This document shows positions 9,278-18,858 of a DNA stretch of 64,000 nucleotides, in pieces (positions within the stretch are counted from its first letter, which is position 1; each line of letters opens with the position of its first letter). The stretch comes from Candidatus Binatia bacterium (GTDB taxonomy: Bacteria; Desulfobacterota; Binatia; UBA9968; JAJDTQ01): positions 4,576,001 through 4,640,000 of the forward strand of contig OY762897.2 in NCBI GenBank assembly GCA_963666515.2, written 5' to 3'. Both the position numbers and the translations under genes were made by a program. Below the pieces are notes generated by a model. That model searched no databases and was not told the origin of the DNA. It saw only the letters and a program-made list of their open reading frames with translations.

Positions 9278-10042
9278 ATGGCGGAAACAACAGTATTCGA
9301 ATCGGGCGGGTATCGTTTCGTGCGGGGACGGTTTCAGTACTCCGGGGGCGTCTCCGCGGAGCCGGGATTCGTCATCGAACGCGCCCGGTTCCTGCGACCC
9401 GTGCCGCTCGACGAGGGGTTCCGACGGATCGAGGCCTATCTCGGCGCTCTCGGGCGGCCGCCCACCGCGTTCTGCGCTTGTGAGCTGCGCTCGCCCGGCC
9501 AGTTCACCGAGGAAGGCTTCGTTGCCTTCAATCGGCGCTATGTGGGCACGCTCGAACGCTGGGGCATCTTCAGGGACGAGGAGAACCCCGTCGCGCGATC
9601 CAACGTATGTCCCGAAATCGATCCTCCCGCCGAGCCCAGCTTCCATGCCTTCTCGTACACCGTGCCGGCCGAGGCGGGCCATGCCGCGGGAGTGAAGAGC
9701 TTCGTCATAGCGGGCTCCGGCGAAGCGCCCGAGGGACCCGGAGGGTATCGGGACCGGATCATCCGTCTCGGTGACACTGCGCCCGATGCCATGCGGGAGA
9801 AGGCGCAGTTCGTCCTCGGCGCGCTGGAGCTTCGGATGGCTGCGCTGGGCCTGACGTGGGCGGACGCCACCACCAGCCAGGTCTACGCGGTACATGATTT
9901 CCATGGGCTGCTCGCCGACGAGATCGTCCGCCGGGGCGCGGCGCCCGACGGTGTCACATGGACCTACGCCCTGCCGCCGGTGGAAGGATTGGCTTTTGAA
10001 ATGGACGTACGAAGCGTGCCGGTGGAGCGGGTGATCGGCTGA
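9278..10042 (+). CDS. CnbZ-like (2-amino-5-chloromuconate deaminase family) protein
   Basis: GGYRFVRGRFQYSGGVSAEPG, AFCACELRSP, NPVARSNVCP, SFVIAGSGE; SD AGGAG. Confidence 0.65.
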   Translation: MAETTVFESGGYRFVRGRFQYSGGVSAEPGFVIERARFLRPVPLDEGFRRIEAYLGALGRPPTAFCACELRSPGQFTEEGFVAFNRRYVGTLERWGIFRDEENPVARSNVCPEIDPPAEPSFHAFSYTVPAEAGHAAGVKSFVIAGSGEAPEGPGGYRDRIIRLGDTAPDAMREKAQFVLGALELRMAALGLTWADATTSQVYAVHDFHGLLADEIVRRGAAPDGVTWTYALPPVEGLAFEMDVRSVPVERVIG

Positions 10043-10091
10043 TGCCGGGGTCCTGATGTCCCGGTTTCGCGCCGCCGGAATCCCCGGTCAA

Positions 10092-10129
10092 GACAAGACC
10101 CCGATGGGAGAACCCATCGGGGTCTTGTC
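10092..10129. terminator. Hairpin between convergent genes, probable terminator
   Basis: GACAAGACCCCGATGGG-AGAA-CCCATCGGGGTCTTGTC perfect 17-bp stem; no U tail. Confidence 0.65.
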
Positions 10130-10159
10130 GTCTCCGGCGTCGTGGAACGGGTGTCTGTT

Positions 10160-10591
10160 TCAGGACCCTTCGGGCCAGACGAAGTCCGGGCGAAGCCCTT
10201 CACAGACCGGGCGGCCGTCGTCCGGTCTCGGCACGCCGGTGGCCGGATCGTAGAAGGCGTGATAGGTCGCCGGCATGCTTTCCGGGTCAAAGCCCATCAG
10301 GTTCGGCGCGACCGCGCGAATGCGCTTCTGCTTGTCATCGAGCATGATGGGCGCGTCGCAGTTCTTGCAGGTGCAGAGCTCCAGGGGGCCGTCCGGGTTT
10401 TGATCGTTGAACGGCTGGCGGTTCAAAAGGTCGGGGTTGTCCACGCTGAGGTCGCCGTGATTGAAAAATGCGACATGGGTCGTGGGTTGTCCCGTAACGC
10501 GCTTGCACACGGAGCAGTGACAGGTGTGGACGTCGATCGGATCGGCCTCCGAGCTAGTGCGTATACACTTGCATCCTCCGGAATAAGCCAT
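10160..10591 (-). CDS. GFA / CENP-V family Zn-binding protein
   Basis: GGCKC, CHCSVCK, CKNC; SD GGAGG before ATG 10591. Confidence 0.85.
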   Translation of the reverse strand: MAYSGGCKCIRTSSEADPIDVHTCHCSVCKRVTGQPTTHVAFFNHGDLSVDNPDLLNRQPFNDQNPDGPLELCTCKNCDAPIMLDDKQKRIRAVAPNLMGFDPESMPATYHAFYDPATGVPRPDDGRPVCEGLRPDFVWPEGS

Positions 10592-10724
10592 GATTCCCCC
10601 TCCTTGTTTGCGCCCGCCAGTGTCGCCCACGATGAGCCCCTTCACCGTGTACATGCCCTCGATCGCGCCGAATATTATCCCAAGCGGCCCTTCCAATGCA
10701 ATAAATATCTTGACTTTGTGTCAG

Positions 10725-10791
10725 GGTTATATCAAATGATAAGTCATTATCATTTGATATAACCATTTGATATGGCGTTATCATTTAATAT
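10725..10791. promoter_or_regulatory. AT-rich perfect palindrome plus extra half-sites between divergent GFA gene and hsdR (probable operator)
   Basis: GGTTATATCAAATGATAA-GTCA-TTATCATTTGATATAACC (18-4-18); further copies CATTTGATAT (10764) and TTATCATTTAATAT (10778). Confidence 0.6.
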
Positions 10792-10915
10792 GATACAGCC
10801 CGAGAGCGGCGGCAAGGGCGTGCTGTACCCGTCGGCCCGCTAGTCGTTACGGCCGCTTTTGCTCGTTTGTCGAACGGGGTACAAATAGCTGACCGACGAA
10901 GGGCGAGTGACCGGA

Positions 10916-13681
10916 ATGCCGACCCCCAACCAGACCCCCGAGCAGGCCGCGCGGGACAGGATCGACGAGATGCTGTCCCGCGCGGGATGGGTGGTTCAGG
11001 ACAACAGGAAGATCGATTTCAGCGCCAGCCCGGGGGTCGCGGTCCGCGAGTACCAGACCGATGTCGGCCCGGCCGACTATGTTCTGTTCGTGGACAAGAA
11101 ACCGGTCGGGGTCGTCGAGGCCAAGCCGGAGGATTGGGGCCAGAAGATCACCACGGTCGAGGAGCAGTCCTCGGCCTATGCCGCGGCCAAGCTCAAGTGG
11201 GTGAACAACCGGGAGCCGCTGCCGTTCGTCTACGAGTCCACCGGCGTGTTGACCCGCTTCACCGACGGTCGCGATCCCAAGCCCCGATCCCGCGAAGTGT
11301 TCGGCTTCCCCCGGCCGGATACGGTGCAGCACTGGCGCGCCCAGCCGGCTTCGCTCCGCAGGCGGCTCCAGGGGCTTCCGGCATTGGATACGGCAGGCCT
11401 CCGGGCGTGCCAAGTCAACGCCATCGAGAAGCTGGAGACATCCTTCAGGGATGACCGTCCGCGCGCCCTCATCCAGATGGCCACGGGTTCGGGCAAGACC
11501 TATACCGCCATCACGTCGATCTACCGGCTCCTCAAGCACGCCGACGCCAAGCGGGTCCTCTTCCTGGTGGACACCAGGAACCTGGGCGAACAGGCCGAGC
11601 AGGAGTTCATGGCCTACCTGCCCTGCGACGAGAACCGCAAGTTCACCGAGTTGTACAACGTCCAGCGCCTCAGGTCGTCCTTCGTGGCCAGGGACAGCCA
11701 GGTCTGCATCAGCACCATCCAGCGCGTGTATTCGCTCCTGAAGGGCCAGGAGATGGACGAGTCCGCGGAGGAGATCAATCCCGCGGAGATGGTTCAGCCC
11801 AGACAACCCATGCCGGTGGTCTACAACGACAGGATTCCGCCCGAGTTCTTCGACTTCGTCATCATCGACGAGTGCCACCGGTCGATCTACAACCTCTGGA
11901 GCCAGGTCCTGGAGTACTTCGACGCCTATCTCATCGGCCTCACCGCCACGCCGGACAGCCGCACCTACGGGTTCTTCAGGAAGAACGTCGTCAGCGAATA
12001 CGACCACGAGCAGGCCGTGGCCGACGGCGTCAACGTGGGCAATGAAATCTACATCATCGACACGGAGAAGACGCGCCAGGGCGGCCAACTCAGGGCGGAC
12101 CAGCAGATCGAGAAGCGCGAACGCCTGACGCGCCGGAGGCGCTGGACGGTGCAGGACGAAGACACCACCTATGCCGCCAACCAGCTCGACCGTAGCGTCG
12201 TCAACCCGGACCAGATCCGCACCGTCGTCCGCGCCTTCCGCGAAAAGCTGCCGGAGATATTCCCCGGCCGCGGGGAAGTCCCGAAGACGCTGGTCTTCGC
12301 CAAGACCGACAGCCACGCCGACGACATCATCCAGACCGTGCGCGAGGAGTTCGGCGAGGGCAACGAGTTCTGCAAGAAGATCACCTACCGGGTCGAGGAA
12401 GACCCGAAGTCCCTCCTCGCCCAGTTCCGCAACGACTACTACCCGCGCATCGCCGTGACCGTGGACATGATCGCCACGGGCACCGACGTGAAGCCATTGG
12501 AATGCCTGCTTTTCATGCGTGACGTGCGGAGCCGCAACTACTTCGAGCAGATGAAGGGCCGCGGCACCCGCACCCTGGGCCACGACGATCTCAGGAAGGT
12601 CACCCCATCCGCTCTCACCGCCAAGACCCACTACGTGATCGTGGACGCCGTGGGAGTCACGAAGTCGCTCAAGACCGCCAGCCGGCCGCTCATCACCCAG
12701 CCGTCGGTCCCGCTCAAGGACCTCGCCATGGGCGTGATGATGGGCGCCCGGGACGAGGACACGGTGGCGTCCCTGGCCGGCCGCCTCGCCCGGCTCGATC
12801 GACAGCTCGACCACGCCGAGAAGGAGCGGATCAAGGCGAAGGCCGGGGGCACGGAACTGACGCAGATCGTCGGCGATCTCCTGGCGGCCATCGACCCGGA
12901 CCGCATCGACGAGAAGGCGCGCGAGATCGAGCCCGTGTCCGAAGGCGCGAAACCGTCGCCGGTGGCCTACGACAAGGCACGGGAAAAGTTGGTCGGCGAC
13001 GCCGCGGCCGTCTTCAACGGCGAGTTGATCGAGCTGATCGACTCGATCCGCCGCGACAAGGAACAGACCATCGACCACGAAAGCCTGGACAAGGTCCTCC
13101 GCGCCGAATGGGAAGGCGACGCTCAAGAGAACGCCGAGGCCATGGTCCAGGACTTCCGGAGCTACCTGGAAGCCCACCGCGACGAGATCGAAGCCCTCAC
13201 AATCTTCTACGCCCAGCCGCATCGCCGCCGGGAGCTGACCTACGCCATGATCCGCGAGGTGTTCGACAGGCTCAAGAGCGACCGGCCACTGCTGTCCCCC
13301 TTGCGGGTGTGGCAAGCCTACGCCCTGCTGGATGAATACAAGGGCGGCCAACCGGCCAGCGAGTTGACGGCGCTGGTCGCCCTGATCCGCAGGGTGTGCG
13401 GCATCGACGCGACCCTGTCGCCCTACGCCGAAACCGTGCGCCGCAACTTCCAGAACTGGATCATGACTCACCACAGCGGCGGCGGCGAGAAGTTCAACGA
13501 GGACCAGATGGAGTGGCTCCGCATGATCCGGGACCACATCACCCACTCCTTCCACCTGGAACGCGGCGACCTCGACATGGCGCCATTCGACGGCAAGGGC
13601 GGGTTGGGCAGGATGTACCAGTTGTTCGGGGAGCGGATGGACGGCGTGATTGATGAGTTGAATGGGGTGTTGGCGGGATGA
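10916..13681 (+). CDS. hsdR: Type I restriction enzyme R subunit (EcoEI/EcoAI-like)
   Basis: PADYVLF..VVEAK nuclease, MATGSGKT, IIDECHRS, LTATP, QMKGRGTR, EcoEI-type C-terminus. Confidence 0.95.
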   Translation: MPTPNQTPEQAARDRIDEMLSRAGWVVQDNRKIDFSASPGVAVREYQTDVGPADYVLFVDKKPVGVVEAKPEDWGQKITTVEEQSSAYAAAKLKWVNNREPLPFVYESTGVLTRFTDGRDPKPRSREVFGFPRPDTVQHWRAQPASLRRRLQGLPALDTAGLRACQVNAIEKLETSFRDDRPRALIQMATGSGKTYTAITSIYRLLKHADAKRVLFLVDTRNLGEQAEQEFMAYLPCDENRKFTELYNVQRLRSSFVARDSQVCISTIQRVYSLLKGQEMDESAEEINPAEMVQPRQPMPVVYNDRIPPEFFDFVIIDECHRSIYNLWSQVLEYFDAYLIGLTATPDSRTYGFFRKNVVSEYDHEQAVADGVNVGNEIYIIDTEKTRQGGQLRADQQIEKRERLTRRRRWTVQDEDTTYAANQLDRSVVNPDQIRTVVRAFREKLPEIFPGRGEVPKTLVFAKTDSHADDIIQTVREEFGEGNEFCKKITYRVEEDPKSLLAQFRNDYYPRIAVTVDMIATGTDVKPLECLLFMRDVRSRNYFEQMKGRGTRTLGHDDLRKVTPSALTAKTHYVIVDAVGVTKSLKTASRPLITQPSVPLKDLAMGVMMGARDEDTVASLAGRLARLDRQLDHAEKERIKAKAGGTELTQIVGDLLAAIDPDRIDEKAREIEPVSEGAKPSPVAYDKAREKLVGDAAAVFNGELIELIDSIRRDKEQTIDHESLDKVLRAEWEGDAQENAEAMVQDFRSYLEAHRDEIEALTIFYAQPHRRRELTYAMIREVFDRLKSDRPLLSPLRVWQAYALLDEYKGGQPASELTALVALIRRVCGIDATLSPYAETVRRNFQNWIMTHHSGGGEKFNEDQMEWLRMIRDHITHSFHLERGDLDMAPFDGKGGLGRMYQLFGERMDGVIDELNGVLAG

Positions 13682-15261
13682 AAGACCAGCCAACACCGGA
13701 CGTGCCCATCGGTTGGGAATGGGCGAGCCTTGACGCGGTCACGGAACTGAACCCACGATTCGAAATCGCCACCCGCACGGACAATCCGAATGTGTCGTTT
13801 GTACCTATGCCTGCCGTGGAGGCCGGTACGGGCATCGTTGATGTCAGTCGTACACGACGCCTTGAAGAGGTGAGAAAGGGCTACACTCATTTCAGAGAGG
13901 GCGACGTGCTTTTCGCCAAGATCACGCCGTGCATGGAAAACGGCAAGATGGCGGTCGTCCCGCCTCTGGAGAACGATCTTGGTTTCGGATCGACCGAGTT
14001 CCATGTGCTGAGGCCATACCGAGGAATTAGTCCACAGTACATCTACCACTATGTCTCGTCGCAACAGTTCCGCAGCCGAGCGCAACACAACATGACCGGC
14101 GCCGTCGGTCAGCGTCGTGTTCCGGCTTCCTATGTGGCGGATCAATCTGTGCCGATTCCACCGAGTTGTGAGCAACTACGCATCGTCGCCAAGATCGAAG
14201 AACTCTTCTCGGAACTCGACAGGGGCATCGAGAGTCTGAAGACAGCGCGCAGGCAGCTTGATGTCTATCGACAATCTGTCCTGAAGCACGCCTTCGAGGG
14301 GAAGCTCACGACACAATGGCGCGAAGAGAACAAGGACAAGCTTGAGACGCCAGACCAGTTGCGCGCCCGCATCAGGCGGGAGCGGAAAGAACACTACGAG
14401 CGGCAGCTTCAGAAGTGGAAACAAGCTATCAGCGGGTGGGAGGAGGCTGGCCAAGCAGGTAAGAAGCCGAGGAGGCCTGTGACTGTCGAGAGACTAACGG
14501 AAGAGGCCAATGCTAGATCGGAAGGACTTCCTGTCAACTGGACGTCGTTTTGCGCTGATTCACTGGGAGTCATTCAACTTGGTCGACAGCGGTCTCCCAA
14601 GAACAGATCGCGGGACTATCCAACGAAGTACATCAGGGCGGCAAACATCACGGAACGGGGTTTGGACTTGGACGATGTCCTTGACATGGATTTTCGTCCC
14701 GATGAAGTCGACGCATACCGGCTTGAGAAAGCGGATTTAGTGCTTTCGGAAGCCTCGGGGAGCCCAGCGCAGGTTGGAAAGCCGGCGATTTGGGCTGACC
14801 AAATCCCGAATTGTTGTTTCCAGAACACGGTTATAAGACATCAACCGCATCGTCGAGAACACGCTCCATATCTTTATTGGGTGTATCGCTTCTTCTACTT
14901 GAACGGGAAGTTCGCACAAGTTGCTGGGGGTGTTGGGATCAACCACTTGAGTGCATCCAAGTTTAGCCGGATGGTCGTTCCTCTGTGTTCCCTTCCAGAG
15001 CAAAGACAAGTGGTCGGTCTATTGGAGCAGCTATTCTCCGAGATAGAGCAGAACGAGCGCGAGATCATTACCGTCTTGGAGCAGGCCGAGGTGCTTCGCC
15101 AGTCGATTCTCAGGAAAGCATTCTCCGGCCAACTGGTCCCCCAGGACCCGGATGACGAGCCCGCTTCCATCCTGCTGGAGAAGATCAGGCTCGATAGGGA
15201 GAAGGCTGTTAGAGGCGCTCCAACCGCCAGACGAAAAAGGAAAACAACGCCTGTGGAATGA
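13678..15261 (+). CDS. hsdS: Type I R-M specificity subunit
   Basis: Two TRDs and repeated conserved helices (EQLRIVAKIEELF..RQSVLKHAFEGKL; EQRQVV..RQSILRKAFSGQLVPQDP); ATGA overlap with hsdR. Confidence 0.95.
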   Translation: MKDQPTPDVPIGWEWASLDAVTELNPRFEIATRTDNPNVSFVPMPAVEAGTGIVDVSRTRRLEEVRKGYTHFREGDVLFAKITPCMENGKMAVVPPLENDLGFGSTEFHVLRPYRGISPQYIYHYVSSQQFRSRAQHNMTGAVGQRRVPASYVADQSVPIPPSCEQLRIVAKIEELFSELDRGIESLKTARRQLDVYRQSVLKHAFEGKLTTQWREENKDKLETPDQLRARIRRERKEHYERQLQKWKQAISGWEEAGQAGKKPRRPVTVERLTEEANARSEGLPVNWTSFCADSLGVIQLGRQRSPKNRSRDYPTKYIRAANITERGLDLDDVLDMDFRPDEVDAYRLEKADLVLSEASGSPAQVGKPAIWADQIPNCCFQNTVIRHQPHRREHAPYLYWVYRFFYLNGKFAQVAGGVGINHLSASKFSRMVVPLCSLPEQRQVVGLLEQLFSEIEQNEREIITVLEQAEVLRQSILRKAFSGQLVPQDPDDEPASILLEKIRLDREKAVRGAPTARRKRKTTPVE

Positions 15262-15267
15262 ACACCG
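15257..15267 (+). repeat. 11-bp direct repeat AATGAACACCG (relic of hsdM start; partner at 21138-21148)
   Basis: Identical 11-mer overlapping the hsdS stop and at the real hsdM start. Confidence 0.75.
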
Positions 15268-15378
15268 TCGTCCGGTGGCGGGTTGAACTATCTTCGACTA
15301 TTCTTGGTCTACGTGATGGCGACACAGGAAGAAGCGGCGGCGCAGGCTTTCGACGCAGCGTTGCGCAGCCACGGCCGG

Positions 15379-15653
15379 GAACACGGAGGAGAGATCATGT
15401 CCTATGCCCAGCAACTCCTGGAGGAAGGCCGGAAGAAAGGTCGGAACCAAGGTCGAGTGGAGGGCGCACGACAAGGAAAGGTAGGAGTGGTTGAAGGTCT
15501 TCTGAGGGTCGGAGTGTCGTGGGAAGTGATCGAGTCGGCGACAGGGCTGAACGAAGCCGGTTTCCATGCCCTCAAGGAGCAGTTGTCGGCGTCCGACCGG
15601 TCCGACGGGCAGGGGGTGGAGTAGAGGCCGTAGCGGGGCCACGGCATGACCGG
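15379..15653 (+). repeat. ~270-bp imperfect direct repeat, copy 1 (copy 2 at 20023-20280)
   Basis: Both run from GAACACGGAGGAGAGATCATGTCCTATGC to CACGGCATGACCGG. Confidence 0.9.
15397..15624 (+). CDS. Rpn/YhgA-like C-terminal small protein (RpnS-like), within a 5'-truncated rpn remnant starting ~15270
   Basis: SD GGAGGA + MSYAQQLLEEGRKKGRNQGRVEG..LLRVGVSWEVIESATGL, typical Rpn C-terminus; nuclease domain absent. Confidence 0.7.
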   Translation: MSYAQQLLEEGRKKGRNQGRVEGARQGKVGVVEGLLRVGVSWEVIESATGLNEAGFHALKEQLSASDRSDGQGVE

Positions 15654-15795
15654 CGAGCTTCCCATTAACCTCCACGAGCTGCTGCGCCAGCGGACCATCG
15701 AGGGTGAACGGGTAGAGTAAAAGGCCGGCTGTCCCATCGGCTTAACCAGGAGTTTCTGCGGGATATCAGCAGCGATCTGGCTTCTGAAGCAGCCG
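15646..15795 (+). pseudogene. Deleted remnant of an AlbA_2/HATPase_c_4 gene
   Basis: MTGELPINLHELLRQRTIEGERVE*KAG joined to SHRLNQEFLRDISSDLA, homologous to ~20389-20453. Confidence 0.7.
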
Positions 15796-16257
15796 GCCGT
15801 TTCGGGAAGAAGGGCTAGCCAGAGATGTCTCGAACTCCCGTTCAGTTCCTCGTAGCCACTGATCAAACATCCGCGCGGTCCGTTCTGTCCGATTCCCACC
15901 CAGTGCACATTCCCAAATTATCGCCACTCGCCACCCGCCTTCCAACAGCTTCTGTCGTACGATTCGGTCGCGCTCCACATTGACCATGAACTTTGCCTGC
16001 CAGTATTCCCAGCGAGTAGACGGGTCCGTCGTGCGACGGCAACCGGCATGGCGGTGCCAAAAGCAACCATGAACGAAACACACCGCCCGGAATTGTCGGA
16101 ATGTGAGATCGGGCGTGCCGGGGAGGCTCGCAACATGAACGCGGTACCTGAGGCCACGCCCGTGTAGAGCCCTTCGCAACGTAAGCTCTGGTTTCGTGTT
16201 CCTTGTACCGATCCGCGCCATGCGCAGCCGGGTTGCTTGATCTACGGAATCAATCAT
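15766..16257 (-). CDS. vsr: Very short patch repair endonuclease
   Basis: MARIGTRNTKPE, LPGTPD, FVHGCFWHRH, NVERD, GWRVAIIWEC. Confidence 0.93.
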   Translation of the reverse strand: MIDSVDQATRLRMARIGTRNTKPELTLRRALHGRGLRYRVHVASLPGTPDLTFRQFRAVCFVHGCFWHRHAGCRRTTDPSTRWEYWQAKFMVNVERDRIVRQKLLEGGWRVAIIWECALGGNRTERTARMFDQWLRGTEREFETSLASPSSRNGRLLQKPDRC

Positions 16258-16505
16258 CCTAGCTTGTGCCAAAATTTTGACGTGCGACGAGGCGAAGCTA
16301 TTGATTTTTTGGGAGAAATGCAAGGAGATGGGGCGGCTAATGGGCATGGCCCAGATGGAAGCCGAGGAGGCGGCAAGCTCAGGCATGCGACCCGCCGGTC
16401 GAGCCGTGATCGGCCCCCTCCGATTTCCCGCCCGCCCGCAACCCGTCTACCGCTGAACCACTAATCATGATATCCTGGTTTCATCATTGTCGAAGGGAGC
16501 CGTTG

Positions 16506-16727
16506 GTGGAAGCGACAAAGGGCGAGATCTCTGACCTAGATTCTGAAGAGGTGCCACTCCAGGTCACCGTCCCGCCTCGGATCAAGCGCGAGCTCGACAT
16601 CCTCGCTGCTGGCGCCGGCCGTACAAAACGATCCATGGTCCTGGAAGCGCTTCGGGCCGTGGGGGTGAACGCTACCGACGCGGAAATCGCCGGTCGCCGA
16701 CCACGACGCAGCCCAAAGAGCATGTAG
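16506..16727 (+). CDS. Small ribbon-helix-helix-like regulator
   Basis: SD AAGGGAG + GTG; VPLQVTVPPRIKRELDILAA..TKRSMVLEAL pattern; 7 nt upstream of the ATPase gene. Confidence 0.55.
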   Translation: MEATKGEISDLDSEEVPLQVTVPPRIKRELDILAAGAGRTKRSMVLEALRAVGVNATDAEIAGRRPRRSPKSM

Positions 16728-16734
16728 GCCGCTG

Positions 16735-18858
16735 ATGGCTGACGACAAGTACAAGATGACCATCTCCCGCCTGACCGTCGACAAGTTGGGGGTCAAACTC
16801 TATGACCGCGTGTCGGCAGTGATTGCGGAGCTTGTTGCCAACGGATACGACGCCGACGCTGAAACGGTAACGGTTGAGGCCCCTATGGGAACGTATCTCG
16901 CGACGGTCTCGCAAGGGCAGATTCAGGACGCCGGCCATCGAATCGTCGTGCAAGACGACGGGTGCGGAATGTCTCCTGACGTCATAAACCCGTTTTATCT
17001 CAAGGTTGGCGCAGAAAGGCGCAATGATCCCGAGCGTGGCAACAAAAGCGCTAAACATGGACGCTTGGTAATGGGCCGTAAGGGTGTGGGTAAACTCGCC
17101 CCCTTCGGCATTTGTAACCAAATTGAAGTCATCTCCACTGGAGGCGACCTGACAGAGCGTTCTGAAAGCGGCAACGTCATTAGCGGCTACCGTACCGCCC
17201 ATCTCATCATGAGGAGGGACGCGATCCTCTCTGATGTTGACGAGGAGTATGCACCAACATTGGGTGACTTGGATGAGACCCTTCAGCCTGATCCGGGCAC
17301 ACGCATCATAATGACGGAGTTCATCAATCGTATGGTACCGGAACTGGAGACTTTTAACCGGCAACTGGCACAAAGATTTGGAGTTAAATCAGAAAATTGG
17401 CAGATAAGGCTCGTTGATACCAACCTTGTCTCCGGCACGACGGGCCGAGAAGTGGTAGTCGGAGATTTTGCGATACCGACGATGCCGAGTACGCGTATCT
17501 CACTTCAAGGCCCTACATCTGAAGTTGTCGGTCACTCCCGTAAGGGAGAATTCCGCGCAATCGACGAGGATGGCAACGAAGTACCTGGTGCTGAGGCCGG
17601 GTTCACGTTCCACGACGGCAGATTCTATCCTGTCGTCGGTTGGGTTGCCTACGCGAGAGAGTCCTATCGCGACGAGTTGATGGCCGGTGTGCGCATTTAC
17701 TGTCGCGGAAAAATCGCCGCGCAGACGAGCGTCTTCAATCGAAGATCAGGCTTCACCGGCGAATTCAACATACGAAGCTATCTTGTTGGCGAACTGCATG
17801 TAGATTGGTTGGATGAGGACGAGGACCTCATCCAAACAGACCGTCGCGACATCCTGTGGTCCGATCCTCTCGGCCAAGCATTTGAAAAGTGGGGCCAGAA
17901 TATCGTCACGCTCATTGGCACAAAGTCCCGAGAACCGATGAAAAAGAGGATCTGGGAGCAGTTCCTTGAAGTCGGGGACGTTGCGGAGCGAATCGACGAG
18001 GCCTATCCCGGCGAACGTTGGAAACCTGTTCGGGAAACAACATTTCGGTTAGCCAAACTAATGGGCGAACGGTTGCGAGAGGACGAGGTCAAGGACGCAG
18101 AACATGTAGAATCTCTTGTCCAGCTTAGCCTCATGTTGGGACCGCACGTCCAGCTTGACGAAGCGTTGCGCGACGCCGCAAATGAGGAAAAGGCACCGAT
18201 AGGCGTGATGGCCGCCATTCTTAGGACAGCCCGTGTCGCCGAACTCTCCTCTTATGGAATGATCGCTGAAAAGCGTGTCCAGGTAATCGGAAGGATCCTC
18301 GGACTTACGGGCACAGATCAAACTGATGAACAACAACTCCAGGACGCGCTTTTCGAAGCACCTTGGCTAATCAATCCACTTTGGTCCCCCATCACCGCAA
18401 ACCAATCCCTCTCAACCCTTCGCGACAGATTCGAGACGTTCTTCAAGGAGCAGACTGGTCAGGACATTTCGCTGGCCAGGTTTTCTGAAAGCAAGAAGCG
18501 ACCGGACTTCGTTTTGTCGAGTGACGATTTTGGGTTGCAAATCTTTGAAATCAAAAAGCCCAAGCATAAGCTAACGAACACTGAGTGGGAAAGGGTGCAG
18601 GTCTACATCGACCAAATGCAGGCGTTCCTGGACGCTCAGGGCAATCAGGAATTCAAGGAGATATTCAAACGTTTCACGGTGACGATAGTATGTGACCAGA
18701 TCGGGTTGTCAGGGTCCCAACTAAAAGCATTCCGGGCTTTTGAAGGAGAAAAGCAAGTCGAACACATTACGTGGGATGGTTTTCTGCTTCGGACGCGTCG
18801 GATGCACCAGGAGTTTCTCGAGGAAGCTGAGCGTCAGCGAGCGCTGGAGATTCAATGA
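16735..18858 (+). CDS. GHKL (MORC/HATPase_c_3) ATPase fused to C-terminal PD-(D/E)xK nuclease
   Basis: ELVANGYDA, DDGCGM, GRKGVGK, GTRI; C-terminal PWL, RPDFVL..FEIKKP, QVY. Confidence 0.85.
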   Translation: MADDKYKMTISRLTVDKLGVKLYDRVSAVIAELVANGYDADAETVTVEAPMGTYLATVSQGQIQDAGHRIVVQDDGCGMSPDVINPFYLKVGAERRNDPERGNKSAKHGRLVMGRKGVGKLAPFGICNQIEVISTGGDLTERSESGNVISGYRTAHLIMRRDAILSDVDEEYAPTLGDLDETLQPDPGTRIIMTEFINRMVPELETFNRQLAQRFGVKSENWQIRLVDTNLVSGTTGREVVVGDFAIPTMPSTRISLQGPTSEVVGHSRKGEFRAIDEDGNEVPGAEAGFTFHDGRFYPVVGWVAYARESYRDELMAGVRIYCRGKIAAQTSVFNRRSGFTGEFNIRSYLVGELHVDWLDEDEDLIQTDRRDILWSDPLGQAFEKWGQNIVTLIGTKSREPMKKRIWEQFLEVGDVAERIDEAYPGERWKPVRETTFRLAKLMGERLREDEVKDAEHVESLVQLSLMLGPHVQLDEALRDAANEEKAPIGVMAAILRTARVAELSSYGMIAEKRVQVIGRILGLTGTDQTDEQQLQDALFEAPWLINPLWSPITANQSLSTLRDRFETFFKEQTGQDISLARFSESKKRPDFVLSSDDFGLQIFEIKKPKHKLTNTEWERVQVYIDQMQAFLDAQGNQEFKEIFKRFTVTIVCDQIGLSGSQLKAFRAFEGEKQVEHITWDGFLLRTRRMHQEFLEEAERQRALEIQ

